From a virus (Duplodnaviria > Heunggongvirae > Uroviricota > Caudoviricetes), in IMG/VR virus record IMGVR_UViG_3300033067_000531: a DNA stretch of 64,000 nt; one strand, given 5' to 3'. Positions 33,380 to 44,188 of the stretch are shown here, piece by piece; position 1 is the first letter of the stretch, and every line of letters starts with the position of its first letter. Below the pieces are notes generated by a model. That model had not been told where the DNA came from and did not search any database. It saw only the letters and a program-made list of their open reading frames with translations. Position numbers and translations under genes: made by a program.

Positions 33380-34153
33380 TTAATTCATGTACCATTCTAG
33401 GATGCCACCGTAGTTCTTCTCCATATCCTGTTCAAGTCTACGGATTTCAACTTCTGCATCGTTGTAAATCTGGTCACCATTCAATACAACACCACCAGGT
33501 AGTTGCATACCACCAAACTTTTTAAGGTTGGAACCCCATTGTTTCTTAATCAACTCGGTTGCATACTCTTTCAACCAACGGTCATTGTAGACACGACCAT
33601 AGTAATCTGGGTTGATTGTGGTATAACATTCAATGATGGCTGTAGTTCCTACTGGAACCTGTGACGAATCCCATGCCCAATCAATAAACAATCTCTGCAT
33701 GTGTCGTTGGAATCTAACTGGAGTTTCACCAGTAAACATCAATTCTAACGAACGTAGGTGTTGTTGTGTCAGTGTATAGTTGATGTAGGACGCTGATGTG
33801 AAGTCATATAGTTCATTCAGACGTAATTGATAACGCAAATCAAACATATTGATTGTGGTTGATGTGTCTGAGATTGGGAATACACGAGTCACACCAACAA
33901 CCTCGGTTGCATTGTTGGATGAATCACGAACGGAAGTCAAGTCCAAATAATGGTTTTGGTTGTCTTGTTCAGTGATTTTGTGAATGTAATATGTTTTTTG
34001 CAGACCGTCAAAATGATAGTCTTGCCAATACAACAAGGCATCATCAATACGGTCCTCGATTTGGTCATCATCCACGTTAATGTCGATAACAGGAAAACCA
34101 AGTCGTCTTAGGCAGTATTCTTTAAATTGTGCTCTACTTGTGATTGTAGACAT
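33380..34153 (-). CDS. gp13: Neck protein
   Basis: FKEYCLRRLG.PVI.INV.DDQI.DRIDDAL, WL.EYAT.L.K.QWG.NL.KF.G.QLPGGV.LNG. Confidence 0.95.
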   Translation of the reverse strand: MSTITSRAQFKEYCLRRLGFPVIDINVDDDQIEDRIDDALLYWQDYHFDGLQKTYYIHKITEQDNQNHYLDLTSVRDSSNNATEVVGVTRVFPISDTSTTINMFDLRYQLRLNELYDFTSASYINYTLTQQHLRSLELMFTGETPVRFQRHMQRLFIDWAWDSSQVPVGTTAIIECYTTINPDYYGRVYNDRWLKEYATELIKKQWGSNLKKFGGMQLPGGVVLNGDQIYNDAEVEIRRLEQDMEKNYGGILEWYMN

Positions 34154-34187
34154 TACTAAATCTCCTTATAATAAGGTATTTAGTTTG

Positions 34188-35087
34188 TTAGAATGTGATA
34201 GTTCCTGATGACAAGAATTGATATATTTGATATATGTAACCCGTGGAAGTATCTGTCCATGTATAGTTGAAGGATCCTGTGGCTGTGGGTGTTATGTATC
34301 TGTTTGTGCCATCATCAATTAATACTTTAATTACACAAATACCGGAACCACCGGCGTTACCGGCACCGATTGCACCACCACCGCCTCCACCGCCGCCGGT
34401 GTTTGCTTGTCCTGCTTCTGCTTGTTGTGCTCCTGTTGATGAACCAGATGAACCGTTGCCTCCGCCACCAGCACTTGCATAACCCGCACGATAAGAGGTA
34501 TATGCACCTGCGCCACCACCACTAGCATAATATGTTGCGTTTCCTGTGATGGATGATTGCACTCCTAATCCACCATTACCAGGTAAAGTACTTGCACCGG
34601 TCTGGCCGACACCACCGGCACCACCGCCACCGCCACCATAGTTAGCCACACCGCCACCACCGTCATAACCTTGACCCGCAGTTCCTAATGCACCTGTACC
34701 AGCAGTTCCAGCACGGCCGCCACCAGAACCACCGTTTTGCGCAGCTGCACCACCTTTTTGTCCGCCACCGCCACCGCCAATGGCAGTCACAGTAGTAATA
34801 AGAGCTGATGTTATGGTCGAATTGGAACCCGAAGTTATTATTCCTCCACCGGCACCTACCGTGACTGTTATTAAATCACCAGCAGTTATACTGGTTAGTG
34901 TTCCGGTCAGTAGACCTCCTGCGCCACCACCGCCATGGCCACCGGCTGTTCCGTTTGTTCCGCCGCCGCCACCTCCAGCAACCAACAGATAATCAAATTG
35001 CGCACGATGCAAAGTTGGTGTCACGCTGCCGCTTGGTGCAATAGTCTTGCCTGTTATTTTACGTGTTGATAACAAATTTTGTGACAT
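34188..35087 (-). CDS. Glycine-rich virion protein (head of fibre cassette 4)
   Basis: YLLVAGGGGG, GGGGAGG, GGSGICVI repeats; C-terminal Y.F.SSGTITF. Confidence 0.75.
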   Translation of the reverse strand: MSQNLLSTRKITGKTIAPSGSVTPTLHRAQFDYLLVAGGGGGGTNGTAGGHGGGGAGGLLTGTLTSITAGDLITVTVGAGGGIITSGSNSTITSALITTVTAIGGGGGGQKGGAAAQNGGSGGGRAGTAGTGALGTAGQGYDGGGGVANYGGGGGGAGGVGQTGASTLPGNGGLGVQSSITGNATYYASGGGAGAYTSYRAGYASAGGGGNGSSGSSTGAQQAEAGQANTGGGGGGGGAIGAGNAGGSGICVIKVLIDDGTNRYITPTATGSFNYTWTDTSTGYIYQIYQFLSSGTITF

Positions 35088-35416
35088 TAGGTCAACTCAC
35101 TTCCAAATAAGTTGAAACTCAGAGTTGTGGTACTTGCATAGACCGTCACAACATCTGTTGCGGCCAATGTTATACCCAAAGTTAATGCAATAGAATCATT
35201 CGCTGGAATAGTGGTATCGTAAGCAAGATATTGTTTTGCGTTTGTTGCTGCTCCAGCTTGTCTAACGGAAACTCTGAATGTGGCATTCGTTGCTGCTTGG
35301 TTACACACTTGTAATGTTGAGACTACTGTATTAGTGTTTGATGGAACTGTGTATAAATCTGTTGCTGTTGTCGCCGCAGGATTACTTTGTCCTAAAATTT
35401 TGTATGTTAATGCCAT
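35087..35416 (-). CDS. Small ~110-aa fibre-cassette protein (adaptor-like paralog 4)
   Basis: LYTVP..T.TVVSTL.VCN, YD..IPAN.S..L..G.TL...D...V, ending FGSELT; same layout as the three other paralogs. Confidence 0.75.
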   Translation of the reverse strand: MALTYKILGQSNPAATTATDLYTVPSNTNTVVSTLQVCNQAATNATFRVSVRQAGAATNAKQYLAYDTTIPANDSIALTLGITLAATDVVTVYASTTTLSFNLFGSELT

Positions 35417-35427
35417 TTAATTGTTCC

Positions 35428-35784
35428 TTACTCTAGTGTTTGTTCTAACCAGTTTAATGATTCATCGTCCCATACATAAATTTTACCATCATTTGGATAT
35501 GCAATTGGTGGTTCCCATAGACAAGTTTCTTCATTTAATATCCAACCTGAATGTAGTTTTGGTGGAATAAAGGCGTCTTTCAAACTGTCGTATGTATAAC
35601 CGATACCAGCAAAATTTTTACGGAATGGTGTGCCACCCAAAAGATGAACACCACCATGTGTGTTATAACTGGTTTGAATCCACTTGGAAGAATCACCTAC
35701 TAAACCTGAATCTATGAAGTCTTGTTCTGCAACAATAACTTCCGTTACAATATTATTTTCGTCAATCTTTGCGAAGTGTGCCAC
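35428..35784 (-). CDS. Conserved phage hypothetical protein (possible fibre assembly chaperone)
   Basis: MAHFAKID.NN.V..VIV, W.QTSYN, R.N.AGIG.TYD...DAFIPP, W.L.E.TC.WEPP..YP.DG..Y.WDE....W. Confidence 0.75.
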   Translation of the reverse strand: MAHFAKIDENNIVTEVIVAEQDFIDSGLVGDSSKWIQTSYNTHGGVHLLGGTPFRKNFAGIGYTYDSLKDAFIPPKLHSGWILNEETCLWEPPIAYPNDGKIYVWDDESLNWLEQTLE

Positions 35785-35785
35785 A

Positions 35786-36052
35786 TTAAGCTCCCATTAA
35801 TAAAAAAGGACTAATAACGCTGTTTGCTGTATTGGTTGCCGCTATTGATTGATTATATGCATTTGTGGCATTCACTGATGCTGTTGTTGCTTCATTATAT
35901 GCATCGGTAGCCAAAGTATATGCCGAATTCAACTGTGACGTATTGATGGACGTAGCAACTCTTTTCCATGCAGTGTTTGCTGCATTATAAGAGTATGTAA
36001 TACCATTTAAGGTTACTGTTTGTCCGTTTGTTGGTGATGATGGAAAAGACAT
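35786..36052 (-). CDS. Short stalk protein of fibre cassette 4
   Basis: The N-terminal FPSSPTNGQ..T.NG.TY.Y....W module is shared with 44554-47427; heptads; ends SPFLLMGA. Confidence 0.75.
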   Translation of the reverse strand: MSFPSSPTNGQTVTLNGITYSYNAANTAWKRVATSINTSQLNSAYTLATDAYNEATTASVNATNAYNQSIAATNTANSVISPFLLMGA

Positions 36053-36063
36053 TTAGTTATCCA

Positions 36064-37002
36064 TTAAGTTGGCCAAGCATAGTTGCCTGAGTAAACACCT
36101 GCGGATGTTACTCCTGGTGCTGCATATGTAGTAAAGTTTAAGTCGTGTGACGCCAAAACTACTGGGTTATTGTATGTTGGTAATACACCTGATGTTGGTG
36201 CGGTTGTTGAATATGTCCAATTAAATACCGAATCGTTAATTGTAAACGTAGAAGTGGAACTATAATCTATACCCGATACTTCTTTTGTTCCAAAAGTACA
36301 ATTATTCACGGTTGCTGTCATATTTAAACTGTTGTCGTAAGACATAGTCCAGTTAAAGTTTGCATTAGTTTCTTCAAATACACAATTATAAAATTTTCCG
36401 ATACACTTGGACGATGAATTGTTGAAAAATGCCACAGAAAATGTTCCGGTTTTACCTGAATTATTTCTTTTTAATATTGCACCATAAATCTCTGAGTTTG
36501 CATTATTAAAATAAGCAATTGGTGCATCACGTTGAGCAGTTGTTGCCGTCATATTTAAAGTAACTCGACCTGGTTGACAGATATATTTTGTGTATCCTGT
36601 ACCCAAATCGGAAAGTATAAAACTAGCACCTGTTGTTGTTCCCAACACACGTGGTGTTACGGTATAATCTCCAGCAAAAACAACTATTTTGCAGTTAAAA
36701 CTGGTATATGTATTGAATCTCAAGTCGTGTGCTTTATCCATTGTAGCCACGGCTGTGTATGCACTCAAGCCAGAATTGTTATCATTGCCTAGAGATTGGT
36801 TGACAAAAATAACAATCTCGTTCGCAACCACCGTGTTCACCAAAGTATTATAGAAAGAATTTGATGACAAATAAACGTTACCATAACTACCTCTAATTGT
36901 AGGTATATACAATTCATCTGGTTTTAACACAACACCATTCGAATTTCTGTCAAGTGATAACTGCGTTACACTCAATAGGCCTTGATTTAAACGACTTCTC
37001 AT
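36064..37002 (-). CDS. Putative receptor-binding head of fibre cassette 3 (beta-helix-like)
   Basis: MRSR N-terminus like 47458-48591; IFV....G.D.NSG.S...A.AT...A pectin-lyase-type entry motif; N/T/S-rich. Confidence 0.65.
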   Translation of the reverse strand: MRSRLNQGLLSVTQLSLDRNSNGVVLKPDELYIPTIRGSYGNVYLSSNSFYNTLVNTVVANEIVIFVNQSLGNDNNSGLSAYTAVATMDKAHDLRFNTYTSFNCKIVVFAGDYTVTPRVLGTTTGASFILSDLGTGYTKYICQPGRVTLNMTATTAQRDAPIAYFNNANSEIYGAILKRNNSGKTGTFSVAFFNNSSSKCIGKFYNCVFEETNANFNWTMSYDNSLNMTATVNNCTFGTKEVSGIDYSSTSTFTINDSVFNWTYSTTAPTSGVLPTYNNPVVLASHDLNFTTYAAPGVTSAGVYSGNYAWPT

Positions 37003-37003
37003 T

Positions 37004-37360
37004 TTAAGATATCAATTCGTAACTTGTAAAAATATTACCTGAATTATTGGACGACATGCTTGCGGATAGTTTGTCACCTTCTTCGAGGTACAAACTATTA
37101 TCTTTACCCATGACAGTCAAAGTGGAATTTGGTGGAATCAATAAACCTGAAACAAAAGCAAAATCAGTTGCATTTCTATTTACAAAAACATTTGATGTAA
37201 CTGCGGCTGTACCGTAGTTTGTGATTGTTATGTTGTTTAATTTGATTACGGTATTTGAACCCGCATTATTACTTACCACATCTATTTTTGTTGTGTTTAA
37301 TTGTAATGCTTCTATTTTACCTAGAACTACTGTTGAGTTTAATAAATTTGGACTGGACAT
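37004..37360 (-). CDS. Small ~120-aa fibre-cassette protein (adaptor-like paralog 3)
   Basis: PNL.N...V.GK, V.N..GS..V.KLN.I..TN, IPPNSTL.V..K...YLEEGD.L, ending SYELIS. Confidence 0.78.
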   Translation of the reverse strand: MSSPNLLNSTVVLGKIEALQLNTTKIDVVSNNAGSNTVIKLNNITITNYGTAAVTSNVFVNRNATDFAFVSGLLIPPNSTLTVMGKDNSLYLEEGDKLSASMSSNNSGNIFTSYELIS

Positions 37361-37822
37361 TTAACCTCCGAATATGATGTTCATAGTCATCGACTGTGCT
37401 CTTGTAACACCACTTGTTGAACTTGTTGTTGATATTGAAGAAGATAGTGTGTCCACCCAAGTGTTGGATGTACCTGAATTTATATATTCATAGAGAATAT
37501 CTTCATTCACATTGTACCATTGGTCACCAACGGCAGCAGTTGCTGGTGTTGTGTTTGAAGCAGTAAAAGTAATACCAGAACCACTACCACCCGTGTTTGC
37601 TTTAGTGAATGCTGCGTTGGCTAATACGTATGCAGTATTTGATTGACCGTATGCGGCAACCACCATGGCACTAGAACCTGCCGCATTAGCGGTCGTAAAT
37701 GCGGAGTTTGCGAACGCATATAAGTCTACACCACCAGCCACAACCGTATTGGCTGTGAGTTGGTCAACTGCATAATCTTGTGTGGAATCTAATCCTGATG
37801 GTTGTATTCTTGTTAGTGACAT
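37361..37822 (-). CDS. Short stalk protein of fibre cassette 3
   Basis: Heptads ANSAF..AN; P....GDQWY....D.LY.Y.....W.D module; ends MNIIFGG. Confidence 0.75.
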   Translation of the reverse strand: MSLTRIQPSGLDSTQDYAVDQLTANTVVAGGVDLYAFANSAFTTANAAGSSAMVVAAYGQSNTAYVLANAAFTKANTGGSGSGITFTASNTTPATAAVGDQWYNVNEDILYEYINSGTSNTWVDTLSSSISTTSSTSGVTRAQSMTMNIIFGG

Positions 37823-37846
37823 TTAATTTCCTAAATTATCCACTAT

Positions 37847-40800
37847 TTATTTCAGTATTAATGGTGCCGATGGAACTGTGATGGTTCTTGCTACACCTTT
37901 TGTGATTCTTAGGTCGGAGATATAACCAGACCAATATGCACCGTTTCTACTTCCGTTAACACCAATTGATAATGGACCGTTACCCAATACAGCTGAGGAT
38001 GTGCCGGTCGTGTTGGCAATTACTCCGTTGATATAACAACTGATAGTTGAACCGGATCTAGTTAAAGCAACATGAGTCCAACAATTCTGTTGTATGATGG
38101 GTGCGAAGGTGGTTGTTCCGGTCAAGTATATGTCGTATGCTAATTGATTTCCACTACTCAAGAAGAAAATAAAACGATTGGTTGTTTCGCTACCGAAAAC
38201 ACAAATAACGATATTAGTTGACGATGGATAAATCCAACCCTCAATTGTAAAGTCTTTTTGTAAGATATACTTATCTTCTACTAGGTTAACTGCTGTTGTA
38301 TTATTACAAATATAGTCTCCAGTACCATCGAAGTAATAACTTTGTCCAGTGGTGACTTGGAATGGGTTTTGTGCCACAACTTTTGGAGTTCCGGTTGTAG
38401 TAATGGTGTTTGTGTTTGCCGAGTTATCCACAAATTTATTTGACTGACAGGTTAAAATTTTTGTGCCTGAAATTGCAGTTAGTGGTGTTGTGCTTGGTGT
38501 GAAACCTGATGGATACAATGTAGGTGTATATAAAGCGGTACCATCGACCACTCGTAGATTGGAAATGTATCCGGTTGAGTATTGTGGACCGGGTGCCCAC
38601 CAACCAATACTTACAGCTGAACTATTACCAAACGCACCTGAAACACCAGTAGCTGTATTTGTTTGTTTTATTCCATTAACATATAAGTAAATAACGGAAC
38701 CTTCCCTCACCAAAGCAACATGAACCCATTTTCCTAATATAACAGGTGTGTTACCTGAGATGGTTGGACCACCCATATAATTCCACCATCCATTCACATA
38801 ACCAGATTCGATTGTTATTCCATAACTCTGTGTTGCGTTAGTTGACCCGATAACCCACAATCGACCAGTAGAAGTAGGCAATGCCCATGCTTCTACGGTA
38901 AAATTTCCAGTGCCTCCGGTAGGTATAGTATAACTTAAACCATCAGTAGTTCCATTAAAGTAATTACTGTAATAATTTCCATTATAAGGACTAAAGTTAG
39001 TCACTCTTGTATCGGCCACTGTCTGTAAGTTTGATGTTCTAGTTACATCAATAACACCAGCAGTAGTACCATTCAACAAGAACGCAGTGTTTGCTGTTAC
39101 TTGTGCTGGAGATGTACGTGGATAAAAACTACTTTGTCCATATAGACTTTCACCTTTAGTAATCAACACATCAGTCATGTAACCGTTAAAGTCCCAAGCA
39201 CTACCAGCATCAGTGTTGCGTCCAACATAGAAAACACTTGTTGTATCCGCAGATGGACCATATTGACCTGTTGCAACCAATTTGCCATTTGCATACGACT
39301 TCTGTTGAATGACTGTGCCATCATTAATAAATGTGGCTGCAATATGGTTCCATTGACCAGGAGGGAAACTACCTGATGGATATGAAGTAACACTACTTGT
39401 GTTGAATAAGAAACCAGCAGAACCGTTGGTACCTATGTCAAAACGCCAACGTGCTGCACCCAAACTAAACAACTGAACTTGCTTTGCGGCCAATTGGTAG
39501 AACCAACATTCGATTGTCCATGCACCTACACTCAAATCAAACGACTTGGTGTTCGGTGCACTCAAGTAATCACCTGAACCACCGAAGTACATTGAACTAC
39601 CAAAAGTTTCTGGTGAATAACTTAGACCTGTTACAGGTGTGGACGAGAAAGGTGATACAGGTAAACAACTCACATCACCTGCGCTCGTTATTGTAAATTT
39701 ATTATTACTATTATCCACCAAGGCGTTTGATTGACATGTCAATAAACTGGTACCCGACACACTAGACAATGGACTGGTTGGAACTGTTATTGTGCTTGAT
39801 GTAATATCGTATAATGCGTTACCTTTAACTACTCTTAGATTAGACATGTAACCTGGAAAATTTTCATTTCCTGATGCACCACTGAAATTGAATCCAGCAG
39901 ACCAATTAATCGTTCCCATACTAGAAGTAACAGTTGTATAACCAGTGCCGTTAATATACAATCTAGAATTAGCGCCTGAACGAACCCAGGCAAAATGATG
40001 CCAGGTATTATTTGTTATCATTGATGTATTTGCAGTGAAGCTGAACGACCCTCCGTTGTAATAATATACAAATCCGCCCGAAGCAGCCCAGTATATTTTT
40101 AATACTTGTCCATTATATCCCGAGGATACTAGATGATAGTAACTGCCATCAGAAAGTCCTGTTGGGTAAACCCAAAACTCAACTGTAAAATCACCATCCA
40201 ATGACATTGGTGTACCAGGAGATGATACTGTTAAATAATCACCAGTACCATCAAACTTAGTTGAATAATACTTCGGTACTGTTACTGTACTAAATGGTGA
40301 GAATTTTTGGACGGATACATCACCCGCTCTAGTAATTGTATAATTGTTAATTGAGTTATCAATAAATCTGTTAGATTGGCAGGTTAATAAACTTGTTCCT
40401 GTTACAACGGTTAGTGGTGTTGTGCTTGGAGTAAATGCATTAGTGTAAAGAGCAGTGCCTTTAACTACACGCAGATTCGAGATGTAACCAGAGAACACAT
40501 AATTAGAGGCACCATAATGACCAATGTTCCATGCTGTTGCCGTCTCGTTGCTTGTATCACTTGTAATTGTCAAGTCTAATGTACCGTTAATATACAATCT
40601 AGTTGTAGTTCCACTTCTAGACAATGCAATATGATACCAAGAACCTTGTGAAATAGTAGCGGTACTTAGTTGAGAGTTATCTTGAATACTCGGTGTGCGT
40701 ACACGAATTCTTTGTGAATAAACTCCTAATCCATACCCACCGGTACCACCAACACCTTGCACAAAAATACTTTCATCACCTGAACTAGAAGTTCTATAAA

Positions 40801-43800
40801 TCCAGCACTCAATTGTGAAATCACCTGTACCGAATGTTGATCCTGTTGCAGTAAGTGTGAGTGAATCACCTGAACCGTCGAAGTAGTTACTCCAATTATC
40901 ACCATATGGACTAAACGTACCATTCGTGCTATTACCGAATCGGGTCAGAATATTATTGAATCTAGACTCGTCTACAAACGTACTGTTGTTGTGAACACCG
41001 TTGGTTTGTAATGTCAGTAGTTGTGTATTGGTTACATTACTCAATGGACTTGTAAATTGTGGAACAAAGTTGGATGTGTATAGTGCTGTACCTTTGATAA
41101 CCCGAGCGTCCGCAATGTAACCGGTATAAGTCCAACCGGCAGTATTGATTTGGCCAATATATAAAGGGTTTGATATTGAAAAATTCAGTGCAGACACATC
41201 TGTTGTTGTATTTACTTGGACTCCATTAATAAACATTCGCAAACTGTTTCCGGAACGGGTGGCTGCCACATGACTCCATGCATTTGGTACGACTGTACCT
41301 GCATCAAAGTCTCCACCTGACAAACCATTACTGAACCTAAACGTAGCTCCGTTTAGACCCAAGTACCATCCTCCTCCAGTACCAAAAATTCCCATAATAC
41401 CTTTGGTTCCAGAAACATTACTTGGATTAATCCATGCTTCAACTGTAAAATTACCAGTTAATGTCAAACCAGTATTTGTGGTGGAAGTTAAATAATCACC
41501 GGTACCATCAAAGTAAGCACTACCATAAGTTGTAATCTGTGTATTACTGTAACTACTTGGTGTGAATGGACTTACTGCTACTGGTTTGACAGTTGTTGTA
41601 TTTGGTGTTATTGTATAGTTGTTTGTACTATTATCTTTAAATGTACTATCTTGACAGGTTAATAAAACAGTACCCGACACTGCTGTTAACGGTAAAGTTG
41701 GAACCGATATTGTGCTGCCACTGTATAAAACAGTACCAGTAACTACTCGTAGATTTGAAATATTACCAACAAATCGTTCAGTGTTGCTGTACGCACCGAT
41801 TCTATAAGGAACAAAAGTGGTGGATGTGGTGGATGACAACGATGACCTAACACCGTCAAGATATAGATACATAGTAGTACCGGACCTAGTCAATGCCACA
41901 TGATGCCAACTGTTGAACGTGACCGCAGTTTGATGAGTAATCGTAATCGAACCAGTATCCCAAATAACCAATGATGAATTATTTAAGCCAAGTTCAAAAT
42001 TGGCACTAACACTGGTAAATATATCCGCATAAGTTTTTGTTTGAGTTGGATATATCCATGCTTCCACAGTAAAATCACCAGATAAACTCATTGCAGTAGT
42101 ATCTAACCAATCGGATGTACTATTAAAATTTGTAGAATAGTATTGTGTGCCAGCTTGATATACAGTTGAGAATGGGTGTGCTGAACTTACGGTAGTATCA
42201 CCACCTTTGGTTAAAGTTGTATTTGTTGGTGAACTATCAATTAATCTATTAGACTGACAAGTTAGTAATTGTGTTGTGGGTGTTGGTAAAAACGGTGCAG
42301 TCGGTGGCGTGAATGTAGTGCCGTTATTGTATAAACAAGTGCCTTTGATAACTCTAAAATTAGAGATATTACCGTTCCATTCAGGTGTAGAACCTTCTTG
42401 AACTCTACCAATATCAAAACAGTTGGATGTTGCTAATGATACTGCTGTTTGATTTGATACTACAATATCTTGCACACCGTTAATATACAATCTGAATACA
42501 CCAGATTGTCGGACAAACGCAATGTGATTCCAACGACCTGGAACCAAGAAATATGATCCAGCTGTACCACTTGAACCAAAATAAGTATTGGTTCCATCAT
42601 ATCCATAAATGCCTAATCTATTATCCACATTGGTGTGACGGACAATTATACGTTTGTTATAAACACCTGAGGGATATAAAGCGAACAATCCTCTACCGTA
42701 TTGTGAACCCGCATAACCATTAGTTAGTGCGAAACATTCAATGGTAAAATCTCCGGTACCCATATCAAAGTTTGATGATGCACCCGTAGTTAAGTAATCA
42801 CCAGTACCATCAAAGAAATTACTATAATAACCGACTTGGTATGGATTGAAGTTTGTTGCTCTTGTATCACCAAATACAGTTAGTTGTGCATTATTAATAC
42901 TGTTGTCGTAAACATAACTTGGTGTTTGAATGGAACTATTTGCACTTAGCAACAGTGTGTTGTATTTAAAATACTGGTCTCCAGAAACACTTACTGTCCA
43001 AGAAATAAATCTTGTTGCGGTTCTATTTGTTGTGTTTGATGTTGCTGTCAACTGTGTGTATACTGTTTGTGTTTCTGTTGGTGTACCAGAAATTGTACCA
43101 CCACTCAAAGTTACACCTGTTGGTAAGGCATTTGCTGTGTACTGAACACCATAACCAGCCGCTGAATTTGCGGATAGTGTCACAGCAGTAATTGCACTAC
43201 CTTGAGGTACTGCATATTCTGTGTTATTTGCTGGAGATGACCATGTAACAACGTCTTGATTTACGGTGAACGTTACGTTGGATGTTGTGAATCTGCCTGT
43301 GGTATTTGCAGTTGCAGTCAGTTGCGCATTTGTGTTACCAACAGTGTTTGCGTATCCAACGAGTGCACCTGTACTAGAGTTTAGTGTGATGCCTGTGGGT
43401 AATGTGTCTGCTGAGTACATGACACCATAACCAGCTGCACTGGTTGCACTCAATGGTGTACTGAATGATTGCGTTTCGTATACAGACAAAGAACCATTGA
43501 GTGTAGGTGCGACCCAAGTAACCGCATCAGGATTAATTGTCAGACTAAACGCACGGTCGGAATCTTGGTTCTGACCATCACTTGCACGAATAGTAAATGA
43601 ATATGTGGTCGGTGATGATGTTGCTGGTAATGTACCAGACAATTCACCAGATGAACTCAATGTAACACCACTAGGTAGATTACCAGAAACGATACTGTAT
43701 GTGATAGTTGCATCACCTGTTGCAGTAAATGTGGTATAACTTAGTGTCGATGCGTTCTTGGTTTCATAAGATGTACCAATTGTACCGGATGCAGGTGAAC

Positions 43801-44188
43801 TCCAAGTAGGAAGACCAGAGTAAACCAAACCAGGAACGTAAATGGCTGTGGCACCGTCTGTGTTTGATACGTAGATGGTGTAAGATGCAGCTGAAAGTGA
43901 TGGTGATGTGAAGGTGATTCTGTTGGAATCCAGAACGGTAACGATACCAATATTGGAACCATTAATATTTACCGTTGCACCAGATGCAAAACCTGAACCA
44001 TAAAGAACAATCGTTTGGCCACCAGCAGTATCAAGTGCTGTGTCGTCAATAGGATTATACGAGCCGTCAGTTATTGACCAAGAATCAATGATTGGTATTG
44101 GATAACTTGTCTGGTTAAATTTCTCATTAACTGAAATTACGCCATAACCGTCTGGTGCTCTCTTGCCTCTACGTCCGGAATTGTACAT
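37847..44188 (-). CDS. Giant 2113-aa adhesin: IPT/TIG + Ig-like repeats + eight LamG/concanavalin-A-like domains
   Basis: Eight S..FDG.GDYL / FT.E.W..P / W.H.A..R.G....Y.NG / G.ISNLRV.KG.A.Y units joined by LLTCQ...D.S linkers. N-terminal GG..I.L.GSGF and W.SP Ig repeats. Confidence 0.9.
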   Translation of the reverse strand: MYNSGRRGKRAPDGYGVISVNEKFNQTSYPIPIIDSWSITDGSYNPIDDTALDTAGGQTIVLYGSGFASGATVNINGSNIGIVTVLDSNRITFTSPSLSAASYTIYVSNTDGATAIYVPGLVYSGLPTWSSPASGTIGTSYETKNASTLSYTTFTATGDATITYSIVSGNLPSGVTLSSSGELSGTLPATSSPTTYSFTIRASDGQNQDSDRAFSLTINPDAVTWVAPTLNGSLSVYETQSFSTPLSATSAAGYGVMYSADTLPTGITLNSSTGALVGYANTVGNTNAQLTATANTTGRFTTSNVTFTVNQDVVTWSSPANNTEYAVPQGSAITAVTLSANSAAGYGVQYTANALPTGVTLSGGTISGTPTETQTVYTQLTATSNTTNRTATRFISWTVSVSGDQYFKYNTLLLSANSSIQTPSYVYDNSINNAQLTVFGDTRATNFNPYQVGYYSNFFDGTGDYLTTGASSNFDMGTGDFTIECFALTNGYAGSQYGRGLFALYPSGVYNKRIIVRHTNVDNRLGIYGYDGTNTYFGSSGTAGSYFLVPGRWNHIAFVRQSGVFRLYINGVQDIVVSNQTAVSLATSNCFDIGRVQEGSTPEWNGNISNFRVIKGTCLYNNGTTFTPPTAPFLPTPTTQLLTCQSNRLIDSSPTNTTLTKGGDTTVSSAHPFSTVYQAGTQYYSTNFNSTSDWLDTTAMSLSGDFTVEAWIYPTQTKTYADIFTSVSANFELGLNNSSLVIWDTGSITITHQTAVTFNSWHHVALTRSGTTMYLYLDGVRSSLSSTTSTTFVPYRIGAYSNTERFVGNISNLRVVTGTVLYSGSTISVPTLPLTAVSGTVLLTCQDSTFKDNSTNNYTITPNTTTVKPVAVSPFTPSSYSNTQITTYGSAYFDGTGDYLTSTTNTGLTLTGNFTVEAWINPSNVSGTKGIMGIFGTGGGWYLGLNGATFRFSNGLSGGDFDAGTVVPNAWSHVAATRSGNSLRMFINGVQVNTTTDVSALNFSISNPLYIGQINTAGWTYTGYIADARVIKGTALYTSNFVPQFTSPLSNVTNTQLLTLQTNGVHNNSTFVDESRFNNILTRFGNSTNGTFSPYGDNWSNYFDGSGDSLTLTATGSTFGTGDFTIECWIYRTSSSGDESIFVQGVGGTGGYGLGVYSQRIRVRTPSIQDNSQLSTATISQGSWYHIALSRSGTTTRLYINGTLDLTITSDTSNETATAWNIGHYGASNYVFSGYISNLRVVKGTALYTNAFTPSTTPLTVVTGTSLLTCQSNRFIDNSINNYTITRAGDVSVQKFSPFSTVTVPKYYSTKFDGTGDYLTVSSPGTPMSLDGDFTVEFWVYPTGLSDGSYYHLVSSGYNGQVLKIYWAASGGFVYYYNGGSFSFTANTSMITNNTWHHFAWVRSGANSRLYINGTGYTTVTSSMGTINWSAGFNFSGASGNENFPGYMSNLRVVKGNALYDITSSTITVPTSPLSSVSGTSLLTCQSNALVDNSNNKFTITSAGDVSCLPVSPFSSTPVTGLSYSPETFGSSMYFGGSGDYLSAPNTKSFDLSVGAWTIECWFYQLAAKQVQLFSLGAARWRFDIGTNGSAGFLFNTSSVTSYPSGSFPPGQWNHIAATFINDGTVIQQKSYANGKLVATGQYGPSADTTSVFYVGRNTDAGSAWDFNGYMTDVLITKGESLYGQSSFYPRTSPAQVTANTAFLLNGTTAGVIDVTRTSNLQTVADTRVTNFSPYNGNYYSNYFNGTTDGLSYTIPTGGTGNFTVEAWALPTSTGRLWVIGSTNATQSYGITIESGYVNGWWNYMGGPTISGNTPVILGKWVHVALVREGSVIYLYVNGIKQTNTATGVSGAFGNSSAVSIGWWAPGPQYSTGYISNLRVVDGTALYTPTLYPSGFTPSTTPLTAISGTKILTCQSNKFVDNSANTNTITTTGTPKVVAQNPFQVTTGQSYYFDGTGDYICNNTTAVNLVEDKYILQKDFTIEGWIYPSSTNIVICVFGSETTNRFIFFLSSGNQLAYDIYLTGTTTFAPIIQQNCWTHVALTRSGSTISCYINGVIANTTGTSSAVLGNGPLSIGVNGSRNGAYWSGYISDLRITKGVARTITVPSAPLILK

